Positions 34,292 to 42,913 of a stretch of DNA of 64,000 nucleotides are shown here, piece by piece (within the stretch, counting starts at the first letter, position 1; every line of letters starts with the position of its first letter). The DNA comes from an uncultured bacterium (GTDB lineage: Bacteria; Actinomycetota; Acidimicrobiia; Spongiisociales; UBA5794): positions 11,433 through 75,432 of the forward strand of contig CAWJPT010000017.1 of the NCBI GenBank assembly GCA_963844835.1. Direction: 5' to 3'. A program made the position numbers and the translations under genes. Below the pieces are notes generated by a model, which was not told the origin of the DNA, ran no database searches, and saw only the letters and a list, made by a program, of their open reading frames with translations.

Positions 34292-35460
34292 GCGAGGACC
34301 GAGTGACGAGCTCGTTCTAGACGCCGCGGAGGGCATCTCCGCGGAACCGATCACACAGTGGGATCTATTCGTCACCCGGTTGCGTCGGCACCGGCTGGCC
34401 ACGATCGCGTTCTTCTACATGGCCCTGGTTGCCTACATCGCGTTGATGGCGCCGCTGTTCACGTGCGAGAAGAACGACACGTTCTGCGGCGTCGGGGCCG
34501 ATCAAGATGAGCCTCATGACCACGATTCTGATGATCGTTGTCACCGCAGTGGCCGGGTATCTGGCCTATCGGGCGTTCAAGAGTGGATTGCGTGGCGCCG
34601 GGACCGGGCTCGCCGTCGTTGCCGTTGTCTCGGCGATCTTCCTCATCTCGAGCTGGGGATGGGTGAATCTCCCGCACATCAATCACTTCGCTGATCAGCT
34701 GCCCGATGACGACGGTCGCATCCTGGTCAACATCGCACCGCGTAGCTCGCTGCCCATGGGTACGGACGACATCGGCCGGGACGTGCTCTCGAGGGTCATC
34801 CATGGTGGCCGTGCCAGCTTGGCCGTCGGAATCGTCGTCGGCGCTCTGGTGGCACTCCTCGGCACCGTGGTTGGTGCTCTTGCCGGGTACTACCCCGGTG
34901 TTGTCGATCAGTCGCTGATGAGGTTCACCGACCTGGTTCTCGGACTGCCGTTGCTGCCCGTTGCCATCGTGGTCGGGCGGGTGCTCCCGGAGTTGCGGTT
35001 GGTGCCCGGGTTCCTCAAACAGGGAGCGTGGGGGATCGCCGTCCTGCTCGGTCTGCTGAGCTGGGGGGGCCTGGCCCGTATCGTGCGTGCCGAGTTCCTC
35101 TCACTGCGCGAGAAGGAGTTCGTCGAGGCGGCCAGGGCGGCTGGGGCGAACGATCGGCGCATCATCTTCAGGCACATCCTGCCGAACGCGATCAGCCCGA
35201 TCATCGTGCAGACGACGCTGGTTGTCGGCACAGCCATCATCATCGAGGCCGCTCTTTCGTTCCTGGGTTTCGGAGTCCGGCCGCCGATTCCCACCTGGGG
35301 TGGCATGGCCGCCGCCGGCGCTGCGATCGCCGTACGCGGCTTCTGGTGGGAGCTGGTCTTCTCGGCTGCAGCGCTGATCTCGACCGTGCTCGCCATCAAC
35401 TTCATGGGTGACGGTCTGCGCGACGCCCTCGACCCAACACAGACAATCGAACGGAAGTAA
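34284..35460 (+). CDS. ABC peptide-transporter permease (OppC/DppC-like), frame break about 34500
   Basis: N-terminal part in frame 0 (..RHRLATIAFFYMALVAYIALMAPLF..). The rest is in frame 1 (..GTDDIGRDVLSRVIHGGRASL.., EFVEAARAAGANDRRIIFRHILPNA). Confidence 0.88.
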
Positions 35461-35463
35461 GAA

Positions 35464-36476
35464 GTGGCAGAACCGTTACTAGATGTAGAGGACCTGAGAA
35501 CGTACTTCTCGACGGAGGAGGGTGTCGTCAAGGCGGTCGACGGGGTGTCGTTCAAGGTCAAAGCAGGTGAGCGCCGCGGCGTGGTTGGGGAGTCCGGCTG
35601 TGGCAAGTCGGTCACGGCGATGTCGATCATGAGGCTCATCGAGCCCCCTGCCGGTGAGATTGTCACCGGGACAATCACCTTCGATGGGCGTGACCTCCTG
35701 CAGCTCACCGAGGCGGAGATGCAGCGTGTCCGTGGTGGTGAGATCGCGATGATCTTCCAGGATCCGATGACCGCGTCTGAATCCCGTATATACGATCGGT
35801 GATCAGCTCATCGAGACGATCCTGCTGCATCAGGATGTGTCCAAGTCGGAGGCACGGGAGATCGCCATCGAGCAACTCGCCGACGTGCACATCCCCCATG
35901 CCAAGAACCGGATGGAGGACTACCCACATCAGTTCTCGGGTGGTATGCGGCAACGGGTCATGATCGCCATGGGGCTGTCGTGCAACCCGAAGCTGCTCAT
36001 TGCAGACGAGCCGACCACCGCCCTGGATGTGACCACGCAGGCCCAGATCATGAGCCTCATGCTCGAGCTTGCCGACGAGCGCAATACCGCGGTGCTGTTG
36101 ATCACTCACGACCTCGGTGTCGTGGCCGGCTTCTGTGACACCATTCAGGTGATGTATGCCGGTTCGATAGTGGAGCGCGGCACTGCGGACGAGATCTTTC
36201 ACAACCCACAGCACCCGTACACGTGGGGGATGCTCGGTTCGATGACCCGCCTCGACGAGGTGCATCGAGACCGGCTCAACTCGGTGCGAGGCGCTCCTCC
36301 TTCTTTGATCAACCCGCCGAACGGGTGTCGATTTGCCCCGCGGTGTGACTTTGCCCAGGACATCTGCGTCGAGGCTCTGCCCATTCTCCGACAGAGCCCG
36401 GAGGGTCAGACCGTTGCATGCCACCGTGCCGATGAGCTCGATCTCAAGAGCCATCGAGATGGAGCCATCATCATGA
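35464..36476 (+). CDS. ABC peptide-transporter ATPase (OppD/DppD-like), frame break about 35776 and a probable second one about 36449
   Basis: Walker [12 protein letters not shown]. ..FQDPMTA|[11 protein letters not shown].. LSGGMRQRV-type [28 protein letters not shown]-terminal Cys-rich oligopeptide_C region. The end is inferred from an ATGA stop/start overlap. Confidence 0.85.
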
Positions 36477-37547
36477 GCGACACCATGCGCCATGAGACTG
36501 GCGCCGGGGCAGCAGCTATTCCGCAGGATGTGATCCTCAGGGTCAACCATCTCGTCAAAGAGTTCCCGATTGCCGGGGAGTCTTCTTCAAGAAGCAGGTC
36601 GGAGCGGTCCAGGCAGTCTCCGACATCTCGTTCCAGGTCAAACGAGGCGAGACTCTTGGCTTGGTGGGGGAGTCCGGTTGTGGTAAGTCGACCACCGCCA
36701 GGTCGTTGCTGCGCCTGCTGGAGCCGACGTCCGGTGAAGTGTGGTTCCAGGGTCAGGCCGAAGACGGGAAGGTCCAGGAGCCGTTCGACGTGGCCGCGGC
36801 CGATCGTCAGACGCTGCAGTGAGACTCCGCCGGGAGCTCCAGATCGTGTTCCAGGATCCATATGCATCGCTGAATCCCCGTATGACGGTGGCGAGCATCA
36901 TCGCTGAGCCGATGACGGTGCACGGGATTGGAAGCACTGAGGAGCGTGTCGAGCGGGTCAAGCATCTGCTCGAGGTGGTCGGGCTCAGCCCGGAGCACAC
37001 CAACCGTTATCCCCACGAGTTCTCGGGTGGTCAGCGGCAGCGGATCGGCGTGGCCCGGGCACTGGCGCTGAACCCGCAGTTCATGGTGCTCGATGAGCCG
37101 GTGTCGGCTCTCGATGTGTCGATCCAGGCGCAGGTGTTGAACCTGATGCAGGATCTCCAGGATGAGTTCGGCCTGACGTATCTGTTCATTGCTCACGATC
37201 TCTCTGTGGTGCGCCACATCTCCGACCGGGTCGCGGTGATGTACCTCGGCAAGATCGTCGAGATGACCGATCGGGACACGCTGTACGACCGTCCCATGCA
37301 CCCGTACACGCATGCTCTGCTTTCGGCTGTGCCGATCCCGGATCCGTCCGTCGAGGTGAGCCGGAAGCGCATCATCCTGGAAGGCGACATCCCGTCTCCG
37401 GCCAATCCACCGCCGGGCTGCCGGTTCAACACGCGCTGCCCCAAGGCGGAGGCCGGCAAGTGCGACGTCGAGGAGCCGCCGCTCACCGAGCTCGAGGGCG
37501 GCCACTGGGTGGCGTGCCACTTCCCGGAGATTGTTCAGGTCGTGTGA
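36473..37547 (+). CDS. ABC peptide-transporter ATPase (OppF/DppF-like), two -1-type frame breaks (about 36577, about 36818)
   Basis: [14 protein letters not shown] | [40 protein letters not shown] | ..[44 protein letters not shown]. Confidence 0.88.
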
Positions 37548-37591
37548 TTAGTTGCGGCTGGGAGCGAGATTCGGTGATGGCCGGGTTTCGC

Positions 37592-37597
37592 TATAAT
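37592..37597 (+). promoter_or_regulatory. perfect TATAAT -10 hexamer upstream of tRNA-Leu
   Basis: ctATAATc: TATAAT at 37592-37597, 15 nt before the mature tRNA 5' end, in an otherwise GC-rich context. No good -35. Confidence 0.4.
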
Positions 37598-37612
37598 CTC
37601 GCAGCCGTACCC

Positions 37613-37697
37613 GTCGGAGTGGCGGAATTGGTAGACGCGCTAGGTTGAGGGCCTAGTGGGCGAATAGCCCGTGGAAGTTCGAGTCTTCTCTCCGACA
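37613..37697 (+). tRNA. tRNA-Leu (anticodon GAG), class II with long variable arm; CCA not encoded
   Basis: Acceptor GTCGGAG/CTCCGAC. D-arm GCGGAATTGGTAGACGC. Anticodon stem CTAGG/CCTAG with loop TTGAGGG. Variable arm TGGGCGAATAGCCCGT. T-arm GGAAG-TTCGAGT-CTTCT. Discriminator A. Confidence 0.92.
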
Positions 37698-37700
37698 CCG

Positions 37701-37734
37701 CGGACCGGCCTTTCAGGCCGGTCCGTTTGAGTTT
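37701..37734 (+). terminator. intrinsic terminator after tRNA-Leu
   Basis: 10-bp stem CGGACCGGCC / GGCCGGTCCG, loop TTTCA, followed by TTTGAGTTT. Confidence 0.65.
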
Positions 37735-37854
37735 CGGCTCTGCCGAAACTCTGCGTGTGCGCGATGGCGGCCGAGGCATTTGCAGTTTGCGAGGCAAACT
37801 GCAGCTACCGGGCCGGCGTTTCTGAGCCGGTCCGTTTGAGTTTCGGCTCTGCCG
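37717..37854 (+). repeat. 29-nt perfect direct repeat (two copies 109 bp apart), each forming the 3' half of a terminator-like hairpin plus its T-tract
   Basis: GCCGGTCCGTTTGAGTTTCGGCTCTGCCG at 37717-37745 and 37826-37854. A perfect 10-bp hairpin (TGCAGTTTGC gag GCAAACTGCA, 37781-37803) lies between them. Confidence 0.8.
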
Positions 37855-38029
37855 TTCCTCTTTCCGTTCCGGCGGATCTCATGCCCACGTATGGGCATGG
37901 TGTATGCCGGAAGCTTTCGGGAACCAGAGGCAGTAACTGGATCGTTACTCATTCGACCGGTGCCGAAGCGGGCATCATGGGATGATCACGTCGGGATCGA
38001 CACGCAAGTGGTGTTGCGGTGCAGGGAGG

Positions 38030-38866
38030 ATGAGCACGATGTTTGCCACAGGCGGAAGAGGACGAGGCAGCCGTCGACAGGTACTGGCGGGCACCTGCAT
38101 TTCGCTGATTCTGGCGGTGGGCGGTTGCTCGAGAGGTACGGAACGAGTCACGACCACCGCACCTGTGACCTCGACTACCGTAGAAGCGGTTGCCTCGACG
38201 GCAGTGCAGTCCTCAGTTCCGACGACAGTCCCCGAGTCCACGGAGCCGACCGCTCCGGCTACAGACACAGGACTGGCCGTTTTCTGCGATCCGGAGGACG
38301 CCAGTGCGGAGCTCGGTGTGTGGCCGGCGACGACATGGGACCAGGCATGCGATGCAGTGATGAGCGGCACCTGGGACTCCCTGCCCACGGACGATCCCGT
38401 CGCCATCGCCGAGGAGTTCCTGACGGAACGGACCGGGTGGACCGAGCTCACCATCCTCGAGGACCGGGTCACGGAACCGGCCGATTACGCCCCCCGTGCC
38501 TACGTCACGGCTGAGGCCCCGGAGGTCGATGGATCGATCACGGTCAACCTCGTCGAGCTCGGTGGCTATTGGTTCGTCGCTTCCGTCTGGATGACTGAAA
38601 CGGAACATCCGCCGATGTTCTCGCTGGCTGGTGATGTCCTTTGGCTCGGGGCGGTCGCGCCCCCGGAGCCCGGTCTGCTGGAGGTCGAGGTTCAGCAGGG
38701 TTCCTCCATCCTCGTCGACCTAGATGCGACAGAGGTTTCGACCACAGCGATCATCGACCGCAGGCTCGACAGGCCGATTGGGGTGACCGTGATGTGGAGC
38801 GACGGAGAGACCGTCACCGCCATTGCGGCGTTTGCGGTCGGCGCAGGCGACTCGGCCGCGGGTTGA
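38030..38866 (+). CDS. Tat-signal lipoprotein of unknown function
   Basis: ATG 38030 after GGGAGG. Twin-arginine motif SRRQVLAG followed by lipobox LAVGGC. Thr/Ser/Val-rich linker. No recognisable catalytic motif. Confidence 0.6.
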   Translation: MSTMFATGGRGRGSRRQVLAGTCISLILAVGGCSRGTERVTTTAPVTSTTVEAVASTAVQSSVPTTVPESTEPTAPATDTGLAVFCDPEDASAELGVWPATTWDQACDAVMSGTWDSLPTDDPVAIAEEFLTERTGWTELTILEDRVTEPADYAPRAYVTAEAPEVDGSITVNLVELGGYWFVASVWMTETEHPPMFSLAGDVLWLGAVAPPEPGLLEVEVQQGSSILVDLDATEVSTTAIIDRRLDRPIGVTVMWSDGETVTAIAAFAVGAGDSAAG

Positions 38867-38943
38867 GCGACTGCTTTGATCGGCCGGGTTTGGCTGAGTG
38901 TCGGATTGCGATAACCTCGTGCCCTTCGTCGAAGAAGAGCGGG

Positions 38944-40260
38944 ATGCGCTGGTTCCCCAAATCCATGGTTGTACGTTTCGTGGTGATTGCCCTGTTCTCC
39001 GGGCTGCTGTTCGGGGTGTCGGCCGCCGGTGCCGACGACTCGAGTGGTCTCCCCGCCGGTGGCACATTTGTTGACGACGATGATATGCAGCAGGAGGGGT
39101 ACATCGAAGCTCTGGCGGCTTCGGGGGTCACCAAGGGCTGCAACCCACCCGTCAACGATCGATTCTGTCCCGATGAATCTGTGACCAGAGGGCAGGTTGC
39201 CTCCTTCCTGGTCCGGGCGCTCGATCTGCCCCCGGCCACCGAGACGAATCGATTCACCGACGATGACGAATCCCCACACGAGGCCAATATCGACGCTCTC
39301 GTTGCCGCCGGGATCACCAAAGGGTGCAACCCGCCGGCCAACGATCAGTTCTGTCCCGACCGGGCCGTCACCCGAGGCGAGATGGCCGCATTCCTGGTGC
39401 GTGCGTTCGGCTACGAGGCACCCGACGGGGCGGACACCTTCACCGACGATGACCATTCGGTCTTCGAGACCCAGATCGAGGCGCTTGCTGCTTCGGGGAT
39501 CACCTCCGGCTGTGGCGGGACGGACTTCTGTCCGGAGCGATCGATAAAGAGGAAGAACCTCGCAGTCTTCCTGGTGCGAGCGCTCGGTCTGGAGCCGATC
39601 GTGCCCCCGGTGCGGCCGTACGTCATTGGAGAGTTCACCACGTACCACGATTGCTGTGAATCGAGGGTCATCAACATCCACACGATCGCAGATGCCGTCG
39701 ACGGTGCGGTGGTGGCTCCGGGAGATACCTGGTCGCTGAATGACTGGGTCGGCCAGCGCACCGAGGCGAAGGGATACGTGCCTGCGGGTGCGATCTTCGG
39801 TGGTGAGATGGTCTCCGAGGTGGGCGGTGGGACGAGCCAGTTTGCAACGACGCTCTACAACGCCATCTTCTTCGCAGGTCTCGAGGACGTCTACCACAGG
39901 CCACACTCGATCTACTTCTCCCGCTATCCGCTTGGCCGGGAGGCGACTCTCGGTTGGACTCTGCCCGATGTCGTATTCCGCAACGACACCGACTATCCAG
40001 TGACCATCGACACCAGCTACACCGGCACCAGCATCACGGTGCAACTGGTCGGTGCCAACGGTCGTCGCAGAGTCGAGACGACGACCACCGGCTCTGCAAC
40101 AACCTACGGCGGTGGGTACGCCACCGTGACCAGGACGATCAAGTTCCAGGACGGTACGACGACGTTCCAGAGCTGGTCCCACTCTTACAACCCGATAGTG
40201 ACCAGCCCACCCGATACCCAGCCACCTCCCGACCCCGACCCGCCGCTGGAGCCGCTCTAG
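38944..40260 (+). CDS. secreted protein with three SLH-like Cys-containing repeats and a C-terminal VanW domain
   Basis: Signal peptide MRWFPKSMVVRFVVIALFSGLLFGVSAAGA. Three repeats of F(V/T)DDD..I(E/D)AL(A/V)A(S/A)G(V/I)TKGC..FCP(D/E)..VTRG..A.FLVRA. Then ..APGDTWSLNDWVGQRT..GGGTSQFATTLYNAIFFAGL.. (VanW). Confidence 0.75.
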   Translation: MRWFPKSMVVRFVVIALFSGLLFGVSAAGADDSSGLPAGGTFVDDDDMQQEGYIEALAASGVTKGCNPPVNDRFCPDESVTRGQVASFLVRALDLPPATETNRFTDDDESPHEANIDALVAAGITKGCNPPANDQFCPDRAVTRGEMAAFLVRAFGYEAPDGADTFTDDDHSVFETQIEALAASGITSGCGGTDFCPERSIKRKNLAVFLVRALGLEPIVPPVRPYVIGEFTTYHDCCESRVINIHTIADAVDGAVVAPGDTWSLNDWVGQRTEAKGYVPAGAIFGGEMVSEVGGGTSQFATTLYNAIFFAGLEDVYHRPHSIYFSRYPLGREATLGWTLPDVVFRNDTDYPVTIDTSYTGTSITVQLVGANGRRRVETTTTGSATTYGGGYATVTRTIKFQDGTTTFQSWSHSYNPIVTSPPDTQPPPDPDPPLEPL

Positions 40261-40262
40261 CC

Positions 40263-40736
40263 GTGGCCTCCGGTCAGTTGAGTGCGGGTGTTCTCATGTT
40301 TCGCAGGGTGGGAGGCAGGCTCGATGTGCTGATTGGTCACCCAGGGGGCCCTTTCTGGGCGAACAAGAACGAGGGTGCGTGGAGCATACCCAAGGGTCTC
40401 GTCGAGCCGGGCGAGGAACTCGAGGCTGCGGCCAGAAGAGAGTTCGAGGAGGAGACCGGGCTTGCGGTGCCCGGCGAGATGATCGAGCTCGGATCGGTAG
40501 TCCTCAAGTCCGGCAAGCGGGTCGCCGCGTGGGCCGTCGAAGGCGATCTCGACCCTGATGTCGCCAGCAGCAATCTGGTTCGGATGGAGTGGCCGCGGGG
40601 GAGTGGCAGGCACATCGAATTTCCTGAGATCGACAGACTGATGTGGTGCTCGATTTCCGACGCGAAGGTGCTCCTCAATCCAGCGCAAGAATCTTTTCTC
40701 GCGACGCTCATCAAAAAGCTTGACCACACAAAGTAG
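40263..40736 (+). CDS. NUDIX hydrolase
   Basis: SAGVLMFRR..LIGHPGGPFWANKNEGAWSIPKG. Nudix box GEELEAAARREFEEETG. GTG 40263 is 3 nt after the preceding stop; ATG 40296 is an alternative start. Confidence 0.8.
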   Translation: MASGQLSAGVLMFRRVGGRLDVLIGHPGGPFWANKNEGAWSIPKGLVEPGEELEAAARREFEEETGLAVPGEMIELGSVVLKSGKRVAAWAVEGDLDPDVASSNLVRMEWPRGSGRHIEFPEIDRLMWCSISDAKVLLNPAQESFLATLIKKLDHTK

Positions 40737-40793
40737 TGACCGATACACTGATAGTGGCGGTAGGGGGCTGTGCGATGACAATGGAGAGCGGCC

Positions 40794-41474
40794 GTGAAGC
40801 TTTGGAGTGAGATCGAACGAGCACAGTTCTCGTTGGCTGTGCGTGGCTATGACCGTGGCGAGGTCGACGACTTCCTTGATGCAACTGTGACAGCCGTCCG
40901 CGAGTTGGAGGACAAGAACTCCACGCTCCACGGCAAGGTGAAGGCACTCGAATCCGAGTTGGCGGCCCGCCGGGAGACCTCGGCGAGTATCGAGCATGCC
41001 TTTCTCGAGGCCGTCGAGAAGAAGCAAGCAATGCTCGCTGATGCCGAGAAGCGCGCCAACGAGATCCTGAGCAACGCCGAGAGCCACGCGGCAAACAGCG
41101 CAGGTGCTGTTGAAGTCGAAGCCCTCAGAGAGCAGGCGAAGCTGATGCTGGATCAGGCGTCAACGATGCTTGCCGATGCGGAGCGGGAATCCGCGATGAT
41201 CCGCTCCAAGGCAGCAGCAGAAGGTGAACGGGCGGTAGCGGTGATCAAGGGCGAGGCTGAGAGGATGCTCGCAGCCGCCGAAGCTGAGGCTGCGGCCATC
41301 GTTGCCGGTGCCGAACAGCAGCACGAGCGGCTCGCCGCGGCGCTGCGTCTGCTGCAGGAGTCCGTCAGTGAGATGCTCACCGCGGGTGCCGAGCGCCACG
41401 AGATCATCAAGGTCGTTCTCGACCGGAATCGCATGGCCGAGACTGCGGCAAATCACGACGTGGCCATGGCCTGA
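40794..41474 (+). CDS. DivIVA-domain protein
   Basis: N-terminal DivIVA signature FSLAVRGYDRGEVDDFLD, followed by a long Ala/Glu-rich coiled-coil region. Confidence 0.8.
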   Translation: MKLWSEIERAQFSLAVRGYDRGEVDDFLDATVTAVRELEDKNSTLHGKVKALESELAARRETSASIEHAFLEAVEKKQAMLADAEKRANEILSNAESHAANSAGAVEVEALREQAKLMLDQASTMLADAERESAMIRSKAAAEGERAVAVIKGEAERMLAAAEAEAAAIVAGAEQQHERLAAALRLLQESVSEMLTAGAERHEIIKVVLDRNRMAETAANHDVAMA

Positions 41475-41557
41475 GTCGATAAGACCCGGATTACGGTTCT
41501 TCCAGTACTATGCATGACTGGTGCGCCCGATGATCGGGTCAAGTCCCCCTCTGATCG

Positions 41558-42785
41558 ATGGCGAAAAAGAAGAAAGTAAGCAACCGACTTCAGCAGATCA
41601 GCAACGCTGGCTCTAGGAAGACGCCTGCGCCGCCCATGCCTGGGCGCGCCACCGAGACCCAGCTGGTCGAGCTCGGTATGTTCGTTTCGGCGACAGTCAT
41701 CGGCACAATCATCCTCGCAGTGCTTGCAGTGGTGTTCGGGGTCAAGGCGATCGAGAATCGCCTGGAGACCGAGGCGATGAACGTGATAAACCGACAGATT
41801 GCGGCGGGCGTCGACGCAGAGGGTGACCCTACGATCTCCGCACGTACCGACATCTCAGTAGATGCCAACGCAACCAACCTCAATCTGCGTGGCACCGTCG
41901 GTGTGGAGGACTACGTTCTCCTGCTCCCGGAGATGATCGAGAGGATCGAGGGGGTGAGCGGAGTGACCGCCGAGCTGCAGTACATCGCTCCGGTCAAGGT
42001 CGACAAGCCGGTCATCAAGGCAGCTCCGCTGTCGGTCACCTGGGGAGATGGGGCTGCCGAGATCGTAGGTGAGGTGTCGACCGAATCGATTCGTGACCTC
42101 TTTGTGTCGACGCTCGAAGACCTGTTCCCCGGCAAGGTGAGCTCCGATGGGCTCGTAGTGGTCGACGGGGTGCCGAGTGAGCGGGATTGGGTCTCGTCGG
42201 CGGTCGGGATCATCGACGTTGGGGGACAGACACTGCCCGAAGGGAGAGTGCTGATCAACTCGGCTGAGCGTCTCATCCAGATGAGCGGTGAATACGCCAA
42301 CCGCCAGGAGCGTCGCGACGCCGAGGAGGACGTCCAGGCGCTAATAGACGCAACGACTTTCGACTTCATCAGTGGTCTATCCATCCCGGAGCCGCCGGCA
42401 TTCACCCACCAGGACGTGGAGCACCTCCAGGAGAGCATCGACGATCTCATTGCCGGAAAGGTCGTCGAGTTCGAGCTGAACAGCGACAAGCTCACGCCGG
42501 CCGGCATCTCGCTGCTCGACGAGATCCTCGATGCGTTGGGACAGTTCCCCAACGTGCCGATCGAGATCGCCGGATACACCGACAATCAAGGAGAAGCCGC
42601 CGCCAATCTCGATCTCGAGCGAGCGGAGGGCACAGGCGGCCTTTGACTATTTCGTATCGAAGGGCCAGGATCCCGCACGGTTCGTGGTACAAGGCTACGG
42701 TGAGGAGTCCCCGGTGGCCTCGAACGACACCGCGGAGGGGCGGGCGCGCAACCGCAGGATCGAATTCAAGGCGCTGGAGGAGTAG
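41558..42785 (+). CDS. membrane-anchored BON-like / OmpA-C (peptidoglycan-binding) protein (frame break near 42617)
   Basis: Lys-rich N-terminus plus one TM. Ends with an OmpA_C motif: ..FELNSDKLTPAG..IEIAGYTDNQGEAAANLDL|SERRAQAAFDYFVSKG..GYGEESPVASNDTAEGRARNRRIEF. Confidence 0.82.
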
Positions 42786-42790
42786 CTGAA

Positions 42791-42913
42791 ATGTTGTTTG
42801 TCGCCGGAGAGATCATCGTTTGGATCATCGTGGCGGTGCTCTTCGGTTTCCTGATCGGTTGGTTGGCGCGCGGTCGTGGCAAGAGCCAGCCCAAGCGTCG
42901 CGGGTTTCGTTGA
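42791..42913 (+). CDS. possible 40-aa single-TM micro-protein
   Basis: ATG 6 nt after the OmpA-like stop. MLFVAGEIIVWIIVAVLFGFLIGWLARGRGKSQPKRRGFR* (hydrophobic helix plus basic tail). Overlaps the 3' tail of the convergent MFS ORF, so one of the two calls may be too long. Confidence 0.35.
   Translation: MLFVAGEIIVWIIVAVLFGFLIGWLARGRGKSQPKRRGFR

Noticed and set aside
37571-37605. 7-bp inverted repeat GCGAGAT...ATCTCGC flanking the TATAAT upstream of tRNA-Leu, as a terminator for the ABC operon.
   Set aside because: The loop is about 25 nt and there is no T-tract. It overlaps the better-supported -10 hexamer.
37613-38030. Integrated mobile element or genomic island at tRNA-Leu.
   Set aside because: There is no integrase, transposase or phage gene nearby. 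The direct repeats are only 109 bp apart and do not include the tRNA 3' end. At most this is a scar.
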